Source: a virus (taxonomy: Duplodnaviria; Heunggongvirae; Uroviricota; Caudoviricetes). Taken from it: DNA of 64,000 bases. The position numbers were made by a program, and so were the translations under genes. The DNA lies in IMG/VR virus record IMGVR_UViG_2639762884_000001; one strand, written 5' to 3'. The notes below the pieces were generated by a model. That model was not told the DNA's origin and searched no databases. It saw nothing but the letters and a program-made list of their open reading frames with translations. Positions 40,101 to 49,133 of this stretch are shown here, in pieces; within the stretch, counting starts at the first letter, position 1, and each line of letters starts with the position of its first letter.

Positions 40101-41849
40101 GCTGCAAACGCTAAACAACTGGAAGTGTTGCAGTCAACGGTAGAGGAAAGCTCCGCTGCCGTTGAAGAAATGAAAAAGACGGTTGCAGAGGTCGATCGTG
40201 CAAGTGCAGAACTGACTACGAACATTGAGGCGTTAGCCAAAACAAATATTGACCTGGCTCTTCGTCAAGATGAAGACCAGCACAAGCAGATGGTCAATAA
40301 CGCGAAGATCGCAACAACACAGAAAACCTTTGCTGATGATATGTCTGCAATGGCCACGAAGGTTGAGGAAATTCGCGTAGAAATTGGCGAAGACATTAAG
40401 GCCAGTATTCTGGAAGAGTCCACCGCTCGTGCCGATGGCGATGAAGCGTTGGCAAAGCGTGTCACTCAGCTGCAATCTAAGTTTGAAGGAGATATCAGCG
40501 CGGCGATTAGTACAGAGCAGGAGGCTCGTACATCTGCCGATGAAGCTCTGACGACACAGATCACTCAGCTTGAGTCGAAAGTAAGCAACGATATCGTCGC
40601 AGCTATTAAGGAAGAGCAAGAAGCCCGAGCAACGGAAGATTCGGCTCTGGCAAGCCAGATCACCCAACTTCAGGCAAAGGTTGATGATGATATTTCTGCT
40701 GCAATACGTAGTGAGCAGGAGGCCCGAGCAAGCGGGGACTCTGCGTTAGCCAAACAAATAAACCAGCTTCAGTCAAAGGTTGACGGTGATATATCCGCGG
40801 CCATCACTCAGGAGCAGGAGGCCAGAGCAAGTGCTGACCAGGCGCTCTCACGAGAAATTAACAGCCTGCGAGCACAAACCGGAACTGATATTGCCGCAGC
40901 GGTTGCTGTAGAGACAAAAGCAAGGACTGATGCCGATAGTGCATTGTCTACCCAGATTACGTCTCTTACAGCAAAAGCTAATGATCTCGAGGCGTCTCTT
41001 GCCAGAGAAACAACGGCTCGTGCAGATGGTGATACCGCTTTAACAAAAGAGGTTTCAAGTTTAAAAGCACAGACAGCGAAAGATATTAGTGCGGCCGTTG
41101 CAGTTGAAACGCAGGCTCGAACTGATGCTGACTCGGCGTTGTCGTCTCAGATCACCAAGCTGACCTCTCAATACAAAGAGGATATTAAAGCGGCTGTAGC
41201 AACCGAAACGAAAACGCGTACAGAGCAAGATGCTGCATTGGCGACTCAAATCACAAACTTAGAGTCTCAAACGGCAGCCAACATTTCCGCGGCGGTCACA
41301 ACTGAAACGACAGCGAGAACGCAGGCAGATAATGCTCTGAGTGGGCGAATCGATACTCTGAAAGCAGAGGTGGATGGAAATACCGCGACAATTCAACAGC
41401 AGGCAACAGCTATTGCTGATACCAACAAAAAAGTGTCAACCGCGTGGACGTTGAAAATGGAGACTTCAACGAGCGGAGGGCAGAAGTATGTTGCCGGTAT
41501 TGCGCTTGGTATTGACACCACTGGGCTATCTCAGTTTTTGGTTCAGGCGGACAGGTTTGGTTTGGTCAACTCTGTTAACGGGAAGATCACAACGCCATTT
41601 GTTATCGAAAACAGTATCGCCTATATGAATGGAGCGTATATCAAGGATGGCACAATCACCAATGCAAAAGTAGGCGATCTGCAATCTACCAATTTTGTTA
41701 GCGGTAGATCTGGATGGCGGTTCGGCAAAAATGGAACGCTTGAGATCAACGGTAATAGCGGCGGCAATGGGCGATTGGTTATAAATGGTCAGCGGATTGA
41801 CGTTTATGACGATAACAACGTCCTACGAGTAAGAATTGGCCGTCTGTGA
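37122..41849 (+). CDS. tail tip / host-specificity protein, lambda gpJ-like, with a long inserted coiled-coil repeat array
   Basis: Several blocks match lambda J by recall (GQYCDEEVDDGFGG, FGCTSRGQAHRVGLWLL, FLTGKITSSELG, GGQKYVAGIALGI...SQFLVQADRFG); residues about 1090-1420 are roughly 28-aa repeats. Confidence 0.9.
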   Translation: MEQFKKKKLPLFIAGAGGKKSSKSSSRTPVEADDTVNSRAMAAILDLLGEGVIGGLVNGARSIFIDDLPIVNEDGSSNFSGITWDFRDGSQDQTPMSGFDFVETPKSVNIQLKKTHYVTVSIDNDEADRVRVIMKFPSLRSIDKKTGDTNGTTVEYKFQIANGDSTFVDVVAEGEKSVGIKLTAKKTGVYYRSYELKLPKPGRAYKVRVVRITDDNSSQYLYNDTWVDSIGEIVDTPMNYPNSVLVGLKVNSEQFGSTMPSRSYLVRGLKIRVPSNYNESSNTYAGVWDGTFKLLSSSNPAWILFDLLTNARYGLGQYVSESMIDLGQLYQIGRYCDEEVDDGFGGKEKRFAINTQITSRQDAYRLIQDIAGAFRGMVFWAGGMVNIMQDSPSDPVMMFTNSNVKDGLFTYKGSARKDRPSVALVTYNNKEDGYKQNIEYVEDQDAMRRYGERKTEVVAFGCTSRGQAHRVGLWLLYTARMESDVITFTAGLDASFLMPGETVLIQNKYRAGKRNSGRIVAFTKNSVTLDAPVSLAKGGCFIRILNQEGKIVERDVLETGENITKVTFSKSLSSAETPVLNGVWTITEPDLEPMRVRIVNIAQGETPGSFDITAVENNPSKYEAIDNGATLIPQNTTVLDPTYSKPSNLQITEGTYLSSPGNLSVKLTATWEGKSPEYWISWRRSDENNVSNWQSARVTEEQYEIVNVAENGRYDFQLYAVSFNGKKTEIISTVYQVLGTMTPPDAPTSLTAVGDYRNVILNWVNPDSVDLDHINVYASQTNNLDTAKLIAESASTTFTHAGLGDSETWYYWVRASNKRGMLSPPNSNLGTEATTRDVLSFLTGKITSSELGQALLEDINSKASQEAVDELNEHINQSVESLEGSVNDVKEDIAELDKQFSDNLADFEIKFNERSDALENAQTELKGEVSATIDKVNEAFEKIDATDAAIVEIENTVSEHDKALANTVEAIKAARDEAAALIAKESEARVEGDAANAKQLEVLQSTVEESSAAVEEMKKTVAEVDRASAELTTNIEALAKTNIDLALRQDEDQHKQMVNNAKIATTQKTFADDMSAMATKVEEIRVEIGEDIKASILEESTARADGDEALAKRVTQLQSKFEGDISAAISTEQEARTSADEALTTQITQLESKVSNDIVAAIKEEQEARATEDSALASQITQLQAKVDDDISAAIRSEQEARASGDSALAKQINQLQSKVDGDISAAITQEQEARASADQALSREINSLRAQTGTDIAAAVAVETKARTDADSALSTQITSLTAKANDLEASLARETTARADGDTALTKEVSSLKAQTAKDISAAVAVETQARTDADSALSSQITKLTSQYKEDIKAAVATETKTRTEQDAALATQITNLESQTAANISAAVTTETTARTQADNALSGRIDTLKAEVDGNTATIQQQATAIADTNKKVSTAWTLKMETSTSGGQKYVAGIALGIDTTGLSQFLVQADRFGLVNSVNGKITTPFVIENSIAYMNGAYIKDGTITNAKVGDLQSTNFVSGRSGWRFGKNGTLEINGNSGGNGRLVINGQRIDVYDDNNVLRVRIGRL
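40380..41380 (+). repeat. tandem roughly 84-bp coding repeats inside the J-like gene
   Basis: About 11 units encoding DISAAI..EQEARASADEAL..QITQLQSKV.. variants. Confidence 0.8.
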
Positions 41850-41880
41850 TGGTGGAAAAAAAATTTTATATCGGTAAAAA

Positions 41881-41899
41881 TAGGTAAGTATTTACTTAG
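41881..41899. promoter_or_regulatory. class B motif (TAGGTAAGTATTTACTTAG)
   Basis: Perfect TAAGTA-TT-TACTTA palindrome upstream of the tail fibre gene. Confidence 0.55.
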
Positions 41900-41942
41900 T
41901 TGCGGACAAGGATAACCCGCCAAATCAAGGAGCATATTCAAC

Positions 41943-44900
41943 ATGTGGTACAGGGAAGGTACTATCACATTTACACAGGGTAGCAATACTCTGGTTGGGG
42001 CAGGGACAGCCTGGAACGTAACAGCTAATGGTGTGTTGCCGGGGATGATCGTCATTGGCCCCGACAATAAGCTGTATGAGATCAAGCGCGTAATAAGCGA
42101 TACGAATATTGTTCTCTCAGAACCTTATACCGGCGAAACTCAGTCTGAGGTTCCGTGCCGAATCATTACGACCTATGAAGGCGACTTAACACAGTTTAGC
42201 GCGCGCTTTACTGCGCTAATGTCGCGTATGTCGGCTGATTCCAAGTCCATGCGCAGTTGGTTGACTGCGCTGGATGAGGTGACAATCGAGCGTGAAGACG
42301 GTACAGAAGTGACCGTTAAGCCGCTGATACAGATTGTCAACGAGCACAACGAAAACGTTGAGTGGTATAAAAATAACACCGACGCGATTGACGCTGCTGG
42401 CGACAAAGCTCGTGAGGCGGCGGCCAGTGCTGCCGCAGCAGCAGAAAGCGCCAATACCGCTGGAGAAAAAGCCTCTCAAGCGTCTCAAAGTGCATCCGCT
42501 GCAGAGTCCTCAAAAAGCGCGGCGGCCACCAGTGCCGGTGCCGCGAAAACGTCTGAAACGAATGCTGCAGCGTCACAAAAATCTGCAGCCACTTCTGCAT
42601 CCACCGCGACCACGAAGGCGTCAGAAGCTGCCACCTCAGCCCGGGATGCGGCGGCCTCAAAAGAGGCAGCGAAATCATCAGAAACGAGCGCAGCCTCGAG
42701 CGCCAGTAATGCCGCTTCCTCGGCAACGGCGGCAGGAAATTCCGCGAAGGCGGCAAAAACGTCCGAGACGAACGCCAGGTCTTCTGAAACGGCAGCGGGA
42801 CAGAGCGCCTCAGCTGCGGCAGGCTCAAAAACAGCGGCTGCATCATCTGCCAGTGCCGCGTCAACAAGTGCCGGGCAGGCCTCAGCCAGTGCCACCGCCG
42901 CCGGAAAATCGGCAGAAAGCGCCGCATCATCCGCTTCAACAGCCACAACGAAGGCTGGCGAAGCCACTGAACAGGCCAGCGCAGCAGCGAGGTCAGCTTC
43001 CGCAGCGAAGACATCCGAAACGAACGCGAAAGCGTCGGAAACCCGTGCAGAATCCTCAAAAACGGCAGCCGCATCGTCCGCCAGTTCGGCAGCGTCATCG
43101 GCATCATCTGCGTCTGCTTCAAAAGATGAGGCGACCAGACAGGCGTCAGCAGCGAAGGGCAGCGCCACGACGGCATCCACGAAAGCAACAGAGGCGGCAG
43201 GCAGTGCGACGGCAGCATCTCAGAGCAAAACTGCTGCTGAATCCGCTGCGACCCGTGCGGAAGCTGCTGCTGATCGTGCTGAAGAGATTGCCGGTGCAGT
43301 TGCGATGGAAGACGCAAGCCTTACAACTAAAGGTGTTGTGAAACTTAGCAGTGCTGTCGATAGCACCAGTGAATCGCTGGCCGCAACGCCAAAAGCAGTT
43401 AAGGCCGCATATGATAATGCTGAAAAAAGACTACAGAAGGATCAGAATGGTGCTGATATCCCAGACAAGGGCCGCTTCCTGAGTAACATTAATGTTTACA
43501 GCAAAGGTGAAGTGGATAAGAAAAAGGGGATGCGAAAATACACTTTCTCTGCTCCTGCAAATGCAGTAAGCGGTAAGTGGTATCCTGTAGTCTTTCGCCG
43601 AACTGGTGGTGGCACAGATGAATTAGCCTCACGAGTGGTTATCACCACTTATTCCTCAGCTGGCGGATACGCTATGAATAATTGTGAGTTTAATGGTTTT
43701 GTTATGCCGGGCGGTTGGTCTGATCGCGGTTCATATGCTGTTGGTTTTTTCTCAATATATTCAACCGTTGAACGATCTATACACTCGATTATCGCAAGCG
43801 TGAAAGATGATGATTTGTGTAGTGTATTTTACGTTGAGACAAGAGCATTCCCTATCCAGATTTTTGCTGAGGAAGGATTAAATGTGATTGTTCCAACGGC
43901 TGATTATGCAGTTGGTCAAACCACTTATAAGTGGGGGGCCACTGATCCTTTATCAGAAAGTACGAATGCACAGATAATTTTGGACTTTAAAAATGGACGA
44001 GGTTATTACTGTTCACATCCATTTATTTCAAGTCTTTCAGGAAATGCTGCTACAGCAACGAAATTACAGACGGCAAGATCTATCGGTGGAGTTGGTTTCG
44101 ACGGTTCTGCCAATATTAATCTTCCAGGTGTAAACACTACGGGTAATCAGAACACCACTGGTAATGCCGCAACTGCTACAAAACTACAGACGGCAAGAAC
44201 TATCGGCGGCGTGAGCTTTGATGGTACTGCAAATATTAATTTGCCAGGTGTTAATACGACTGGTAATCAGAATACAACAGGTAATGCGGCTACTGCTACG
44301 AAGTTGCAGACTGCGCGTACTATTAATGGGGTGTCGTTTGACGGTTCGGCAAATATTTCCTTGTCACCAGCAAATATAGGTTGCCCAGCATCTCCTACTG
44401 GTTGGTTAACTACAGGAAGTAATGGCGGAGCAATAACAACAGCCCAGTTAGTGACGTTATTGCAAAATAATGGAGCCTTTAACACAAAGGCATGGATTGC
44501 TCGATGTGCGTGGGCCTATGCCAATAGCGCAACCATACCAAATAGTGAAACTGGTTGTGGCGTTATTCCATTGGCAGGAGCTGTTATAGAAGTATTTAAT
44601 AACGGTAGTAGTTCAAATAATTATACGATCCGCATAACAACGGCCACAACGACAAGTGTTTCCGGTGCTCTCACTAATGCGGAGTTTATCTATGTATTTA
44701 ATGGCACAGATTATTCTCCAGGATGGCGAAGAGTATATAACACGAAAAACAAACCAACAGCCTCTGATGTCGGTGCATTACCTCTTACCGGTGGTACATT
44801 ATCTGGAGGTTTGACATCTTCTGGCGAGATCATTTCAAAATATGCAAATGGTTTCCGCATTGCTTACGGTAGCTTTGGGTTCTTTATCCGTAATGATGGA

Positions 44901-45980
44901 TCGAACACATATTTCATGCTAACAGCATCAGGAGACACATTAGGTTCATGGAACGGTTTGCGACCTATTACAATTAATAATACCAGCGGTGCTGTATCAA
45001 TTGGTAATGGACTAAATGTGACTGGTGGCGTAAATGGTAGTTTGAACGGTAATGCTTCAACAGCTACGAAGTTGCAAACAGCGAGAAACATCAATGGTGT
45101 TAAGTTTGATGGCTCAGGCGATATCAACATTAATACATTGGTATCTCGTGGCCGAGTTACGGCGTTAAGCGGTTCTACTCAAGGTACTGCTGGCATTCAA
45201 ATGTACGAGGCGTACAACAATAGCTACCCGACCACGTATGGCAACGTATTGCACATGAAAGGTGCGAGTGCTGCTGGTGAGGGCGAGTTGCTTATTGGCT
45301 GGAGTGGTACGAGCGGTGCACATGCGCCGGTTTTCATTCGCTCCAGAAGAGATACCACTGATGCGGCATGGTCAGCGTGGGCGCAGGTATATACCGCTAA
45401 GGATTCAATCCCTGGTGTGAATACAACCGGTAATCAGAATACTACTGGTAATGCCGCAACAGCCACAAAATTGCAGACAGCAAGGAAAATTGCTGGTGTG
45501 GCGTTTGATGGCTCTGCCGATATAACTTTGACTGCGGCTAACCTTAATGCTTACACGAAAACAGAGGTAACAAACCTTCTAAGTTCCTATGTGAAGAGCA
45601 GTGCTCTTCCAAGCATGACTGTGCGAACTTCCTCTGTTTCAGGTGGGGATATGGGCATGAGCTTGTCCGCATTCATTAGCCACCTAAAATCAAATGGGGC
45701 GTTTAGCAAAAGTTATTGGATTGGCTTTGGCGATGCTATGGGATTCAATGCTGGCAGTATCAACAATATAACGGGATTTGGTGCTGTAGAATTAGCAGAA
45801 TCTATAATCGAAGTTTTTAATCTACCTAACGGTGATTATACAATTCGTTTAACAACGTCACATAAAGCTGACTACGGTGGAGTTACAAACGCAATCCTCG
45901 TTTATCACTACCGTAGTAATAGAAGTCCGTCAGGTCAATGGCTGAAATTTGCAGGTACTGTTGGGGCAACAAGTAACTGA
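41943..45980 (+). CDS. side tail fibre protein
   Basis: 1345 aa; long Ala/Ser/Thr-rich low-complexity stalk (about 42400-43300) and repeated GNQNTTGNAATATKLQTAR-I-GV-FDGSANINL units typical of phage tail-fibre repeats. Confidence 0.8.
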   Translation: MWYREGTITFTQGSNTLVGAGTAWNVTANGVLPGMIVIGPDNKLYEIKRVISDTNIVLSEPYTGETQSEVPCRIITTYEGDLTQFSARFTALMSRMSADSKSMRSWLTALDEVTIEREDGTEVTVKPLIQIVNEHNENVEWYKNNTDAIDAAGDKAREAAASAAAAAESANTAGEKASQASQSASAAESSKSAAATSAGAAKTSETNAAASQKSAATSASTATTKASEAATSARDAAASKEAAKSSETSAASSASNAASSATAAGNSAKAAKTSETNARSSETAAGQSASAAAGSKTAAASSASAASTSAGQASASATAAGKSAESAASSASTATTKAGEATEQASAAARSASAAKTSETNAKASETRAESSKTAAASSASSAASSASSASASKDEATRQASAAKGSATTASTKATEAAGSATAASQSKTAAESAATRAEAAADRAEEIAGAVAMEDASLTTKGVVKLSSAVDSTSESLAATPKAVKAAYDNAEKRLQKDQNGADIPDKGRFLSNINVYSKGEVDKKKGMRKYTFSAPANAVSGKWYPVVFRRTGGGTDELASRVVITTYSSAGGYAMNNCEFNGFVMPGGWSDRGSYAVGFFSIYSTVERSIHSIIASVKDDDLCSVFYVETRAFPIQIFAEEGLNVIVPTADYAVGQTTYKWGATDPLSESTNAQIILDFKNGRGYYCSHPFISSLSGNAATATKLQTARSIGGVGFDGSANINLPGVNTTGNQNTTGNAATATKLQTARTIGGVSFDGTANINLPGVNTTGNQNTTGNAATATKLQTARTINGVSFDGSANISLSPANIGCPASPTGWLTTGSNGGAITTAQLVTLLQNNGAFNTKAWIARCAWAYANSATIPNSETGCGVIPLAGAVIEVFNNGSSSNNYTIRITTATTTSVSGALTNAEFIYVFNGTDYSPGWRRVYNTKNKPTASDVGALPLTGGTLSGGLTSSGEIISKYANGFRIAYGSFGFFIRNDGSNTYFMLTASGDTLGSWNGLRPITINNTSGAVSIGNGLNVTGGVNGSLNGNASTATKLQTARNINGVKFDGSGDININTLVSRGRVTALSGSTQGTAGIQMYEAYNNSYPTTYGNVLHMKGASAAGEGELLIGWSGTSGAHAPVFIRSRRDTTDAAWSAWAQVYTAKDSIPGVNTTGNQNTTGNAATATKLQTARKIAGVAFDGSADITLTAANLNAYTKTEVTNLLSSYVKSSALPSMTVRTSSVSGGDMGMSLSAFISHLKSNGAFSKSYWIGFGDAMGFNAGSINNITGFGAVELAESIIEVFNLPNGDYTIRLTTSHKADYGGVTNAILVYHYRSNRSPSGQWLKFAGTVGATSN

Positions 45981-46100
45981 TTTAGACATTATTTATATGG
46001 CTGTGAGGTTTAAAATGCGATCTCACAGCCGCAATCATAGGGATATATTAGTGAGTTACTAGATACGAATTTGAACAGCCGTTAAACGGCATATGCATAG

Positions 46101-46120
46101 ATAGGTAAGTATGTACCTAT
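46101..46120. promoter_or_regulatory. class B motif (ATAGGTAAGTATGTACCTAT) with adjacent TATAAT
   Basis: Intergenic, upstream of the putative lysis cassette. Confidence 0.5.
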
Positions 46121-46182
46121 AATTGAAAGGAGAAGTGTGATATAAATCCGCCATCCCGATTTGACTTTTCATGGAGGAAAAT

Positions 46183-46506
46183 ATGTCGAACGAGATGGCG
46201 GGCGTTACAACAGAGCAAGTTGAGCGTATTGCCGCGATCGTTGCTCGGGAGGTTGTTGGTAAATTAGGTAAAGAGCTACGTGAAGAAATTGGCCAGGAGG
46301 TCAATGATCAGCTGAAAACCTACTTTGGTGATATGACCCCGGCGCAACATAGTATTCAACACTCCAATCTGGACAAACTCCTTAACCGGTTAGATTCCAT
46401 CTCCAGTGGGTTCTTTGGCGGCATTGTTTCTAAAATAACGTCGTTCATTATTACTGCACTGCTTTTGGGGTTAGCCGCGTATGGCGTAAAAAATGGACTG
46501 CAATAA
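46183..46506 (+). CDS. small membrane protein with C-terminal transmembrane helix (holin candidate)
   Basis: ATG at 46183 with GGAGGA RBS; C-terminal ITSFIITALLLGLAAYGV; position ahead of the spanin genes. Confidence 0.4.
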   Translation: MSNEMAGVTTEQVERIAAIVAREVVGKLGKELREEIGQEVNDQLKTYFGDMTPAQHSIQHSNLDKLLNRLDSISSGFFGGIVSKITSFIITALLLGLAAYGVKNGLQ

Positions 46507-46519
46507 CAGGAGATCAAGG

Positions 46520-47212
46520 ATGAAGACTCCGAGAGGCATTCGTAATAATAACCCCGGTAATCTTGATAAAGGATCACCGTGGCAAGGTCTGGTTGCGAAT
46601 CCAGACGAACCGCGCTTTTGCACGTTTAAAGACCCTGTTTGGGGGATTCGTGCGCTGGCGGTGACTCTAATTACCTACCACGACAAACGTCGCGCAAAAG
46701 ACGGCTCAAGTATCGATACCATTCGTGAAGTTATTGAACGTTGGGCACCGCCGAATGAAAACAATACTGACGCCTACATTAATGAGGTGTCTAAAGCCGT
46801 TGGTGTAACCGCAGACATGATCATCGATCTGCATGATTACGACATCCTTCGACCTTTGGTTGAGGCAATCATTCGCCATGAGAATGGGCGAGGTCCGCTA
46901 AAAACGCTGAACACCTGGTATGCGGCAGAAGTTATTGAGGAAGGTCTGCGTCGAGCTGGCGTCGTTAAGCCGGTGAAAACCGTGAAGGCTGTTCCTGTAA
47001 CTAAAGAAACCGCAGGCGCAACTGTCACAGCAGGTATTGGTCTGGCGCAGCTGGCCGATGTTATGCAGCAGGTTTCCGCTGCTATGGATAAAGCACAAGG
47101 TCATATCTCTAGCGGGGATACAGTACGCATCATCTTCGGTATTGCCACTATTGTTGTGGCAGGATTCATTGCCTGGTCGCAGGTAAGAAAACACCAGAAA
47201 GGGATGGTCTAA
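46520..47212 (+). CDS. putative cell-wall-acting (endolysin-like) protein with C-terminal membrane segment
   Basis: N-terminal GIRNNNPGNL...W motif (domain family not firmly recalled), C-terminal hydrophobic helix; call is mostly positional. Confidence 0.35.
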   Translation: MKTPRGIRNNNPGNLDKGSPWQGLVANPDEPRFCTFKDPVWGIRALAVTLITYHDKRRAKDGSSIDTIREVIERWAPPNENNTDAYINEVSKAVGVTADMIIDLHDYDILRPLVEAIIRHENGRGPLKTLNTWYAAEVIEEGLRRAGVVKPVKTVKAVPVTKETAGATVTAGIGLAQLADVMQQVSAAMDKAQGHISSGDTVRIIFGIATIVVAGFIAWSQVRKHQKGMV

Positions 47213-47213
47213 T

Positions 47214-47465
47214 ATGCTAGGCAGCCTGATGACAAAGCTAAAAGTTGCTTTGATTACGCTGGCTGCCGTTCTTTTCGTTCTTGTCGGCGCTTACACGATG
47301 GGCGGAAATGCGGCGCGACGAGCAATGGAAGAGAAGGCAAAACAGGAAGACAGAAAACGACTTCAAAGCACAGTGGATGTCAAAAATGAAACGGTTAATG
47401 AAGTGCGGCAAAAAGATGCCTCTGGTGTTCATCGCGAGCTGTTTGATAAATGGGTGCGTGATTAA
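47214..47465 (+). CDS. i-spanin (Rz-like) candidate
   Basis: N-terminal transmembrane helix followed by a charged helical periplasmic region; an o-spanin-like ORF is nested in another frame. Confidence 0.55.
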   Translation: MLGSLMTKLKVALITLAAVLFVLVGAYTMGGNAARRAMEEKAKQEDRKRLQSTVDVKNETVNEVRQKDASGVHRELFDKWVRD

Positions 47466-47613
47466 GACGCAGGCTCCAGGCGTGCTATTCTGCGATGCTG
47501 CAAATCCTATCTATGTGAGTAGAGAGGATTTTATGACTGAGGAAACGGAGCGACAGTTGCTTATCCACAATACGATAGGTGAAAGGCTGTGTGAGTGGGG
47601 GCACCTGAACTGA
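47386..47613 (+). CDS. o-spanin (Rz1-like) lipoprotein candidate, overlapping and extending beyond the i-spanin gene
   Basis: MKRLMKCGKKMPLVFIASC signal peptide with IASC lipobox; starts inside 47214..47465 in a different frame. Confidence 0.5.
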   Translation: MKRLMKCGKKMPLVFIASCLINGCVIKTQAPGVLFCDAANPIYVSREDFMTEETERQLLIHNTIGERLCEWGHLN

Positions 47614-47837
47614 GTCGATGATTGATGAGTGGTCTCAGTTTACCTTTTATCCTAAAGATGGCATCTTCACTCATATACACGCCTGTTCACTCAAGCTCAT
47701 GTTGAATCATTTAGTAATTTGATGTAGATTTATTAGGCATCCACGTAAGTGGACACATACAGGCTACGCATCCTCGTAGCCTTCAACCCCGAGAGGGGTG
47801 CCGCAATGACACTTGTGTTAACGGCTAAGGTGGACAC

Positions 47838-48221
47838 ATGCTGAACGAGAAACGTTCTATACAAACTATTCGCGATTGCACGAGTATTATCGAGACTCAT
47901 GTGCTGAATCAGCACAAGCTTGAAGTACGTAAGCTCAATAATGACGCTATTGAACCGGAAGACTCACGCTTCATCGTTACCTTCAAAGACGATGTTGAGC
48001 GCGCTGGTGCAAGCGTGAAGCCATTAGCTGAAGCAATTTACCTGAATGGTCGTGTTCGTTTTGTAGTCAAGCCAGCTAAACAGTACCCTGAGCTGTCTCG
48101 TTTTATCGAGGCTTTTTCGGAGGTTATTGAACATTCTATTCGCCGCTTCTTACGCAATCATGGTAGCATTGTCAGCACGGTTAAGGCTGATGATTCTGCT
48201 ACAAAATGGCTCCTACACTAG
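47838..48221 (+). CDS. hypothetical protein (127 aa)
   Basis: ORF; upstream region carries direct repeats GTGGACACAT at about 47748 and 47826. Confidence 0.45.
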   Translation: MLNEKRSIQTIRDCTSIIETHVLNQHKLEVRKLNNDAIEPEDSRFIVTFKDDVERAGASVKPLAEAIYLNGRVRFVVKPAKQYPELSRFIEAFSEVIEHSIRRFLRNHGSIVSTVKADDSATKWLLH

Positions 48222-48958
48222 ATAGCGCATATTCAAAAGATCTAAGCGAGTTTCCTCATAAAGGGGAGACTCGTGTTGTTCGTTTTGGCTTTCTTATCAA
48301 TGAAGCCTCCCTCTATAAAATCTCAGAAATTGAAATCATTGAACCAGAAGATGACATTTGCCTGTATGTCTCTATGGAACGTGTAGGTGCGCGCGACCAA
48401 GGCGACCTGAGCGAATTCATCTTAGATCGAGCGGATGAAGATGCCCCTGAAGAAGAGATTATCAAAGAGGTGCTCCAGTCCGGGCTTCTGGACGAAAACA
48501 AAAATACGATCGCTGGTAGGATAGCTCTGCGTGAATATAGTTTTGTTGAAGACGGTAATGAGATCGAATGTTACCAGGTAGCCGGTGTCGAAACTGTCAG
48601 AGAGCGTCGTCAGCGAGGATTGTGTCACCGTACCTATCTCTTTCTTCTTCATTGGTATGAGCATTTAGTCTGCGACGATACACAAACCATTCCTGGTGCT
48701 AAGATCTGGGCAGGGCCTCTCATGCGAACCGGCGATGTGCGTATATACAATGCCAAAACAGAAACGTTCGAGGATGTGTTAGGTGAGTACGGGATGGGGA
48801 AAGAAACCGGATTTTTGCCGTGGAACAGAGGATTGTTGCTTGATGCAGAGTTAAGCTCTTGGCTCCCAAACAAAGTGCAAGTTAACGTTCAGAAATTTAT
48901 CGTACTTATCATCTCCCGCAAAACAAGAACTCCAGTAGGTTTATACCTAAAAGATTAA
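48206..48958 (+). CDS. hypothetical protein (250 aa)
   Basis: ORF overlapping the upstream gene end; strong terminator downstream. Confidence 0.5.
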   Translation: MAPTLDSAYSKDLSEFPHKGETRVVRFGFLINEASLYKISEIEIIEPEDDICLYVSMERVGARDQGDLSEFILDRADEDAPEEEIIKEVLQSGLLDENKNTIAGRIALREYSFVEDGNEIECYQVAGVETVRERRQRGLCHRTYLFLLHWYEHLVCDDTQTIPGAKIWAGPLMRTGDVRIYNAKTETFEDVLGEYGMGKETGFLPWNRGLLLDAELSSWLPNKVQVNVQKFIVLIISRKTRTPVGLYLKD

Positions 48959-48976
48959 AAATCAGGCGACTTTGGT
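48954..48976. terminator. bidirectional Rho-independent terminator
   Basis: AGGCGAC-TTTG-GTCGCCT flanked by AAAAA and TTTTT. Confidence 0.85.
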
Positions 48977-49083
48977 CGCCTTTTTGTTAACAGCCATTGA
49001 TTCTCGCCTAAAAATTCTAAGGCAGCACCTACCATTTAACCTTTACACCACAGCCGTAGGCATTTAGGCTATATCACATATAA

Positions 49084-49099
49084 GAAAACAAGTTGTTTC
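49084..49099. promoter_or_regulatory. class A palindrome (GAAAACAAGTTGTTTC)
   Basis: 35 nt upstream of the ParA-like gene. Confidence 0.55.
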
Positions 49100-49133
49100 A
49101 GACGATAATTATATACGCAAAGGGAACTCTCCA

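Noticed and set aside
37116-41849. Antisense and alternate-frame ORFs inside the J-like gene (for example 39713..40240, 40233..40667)
   Set aside because: The repeat array keeps the complementary frames open; the J-like frame carries the conserved motifs.
42334-43341. Three long overlapping ORFs (42334..43341 +, 42337..43317 -, 42485..43180 -) with Pro/Arg/Gln- or Ala/Asp-rich products
   Set aside because: They lie in the GC-rich Ala/Ser low-complexity part of the tail-fibre gene, which keeps several frames open; the fibre frame is continuous with conserved N- and C-terminal regions.
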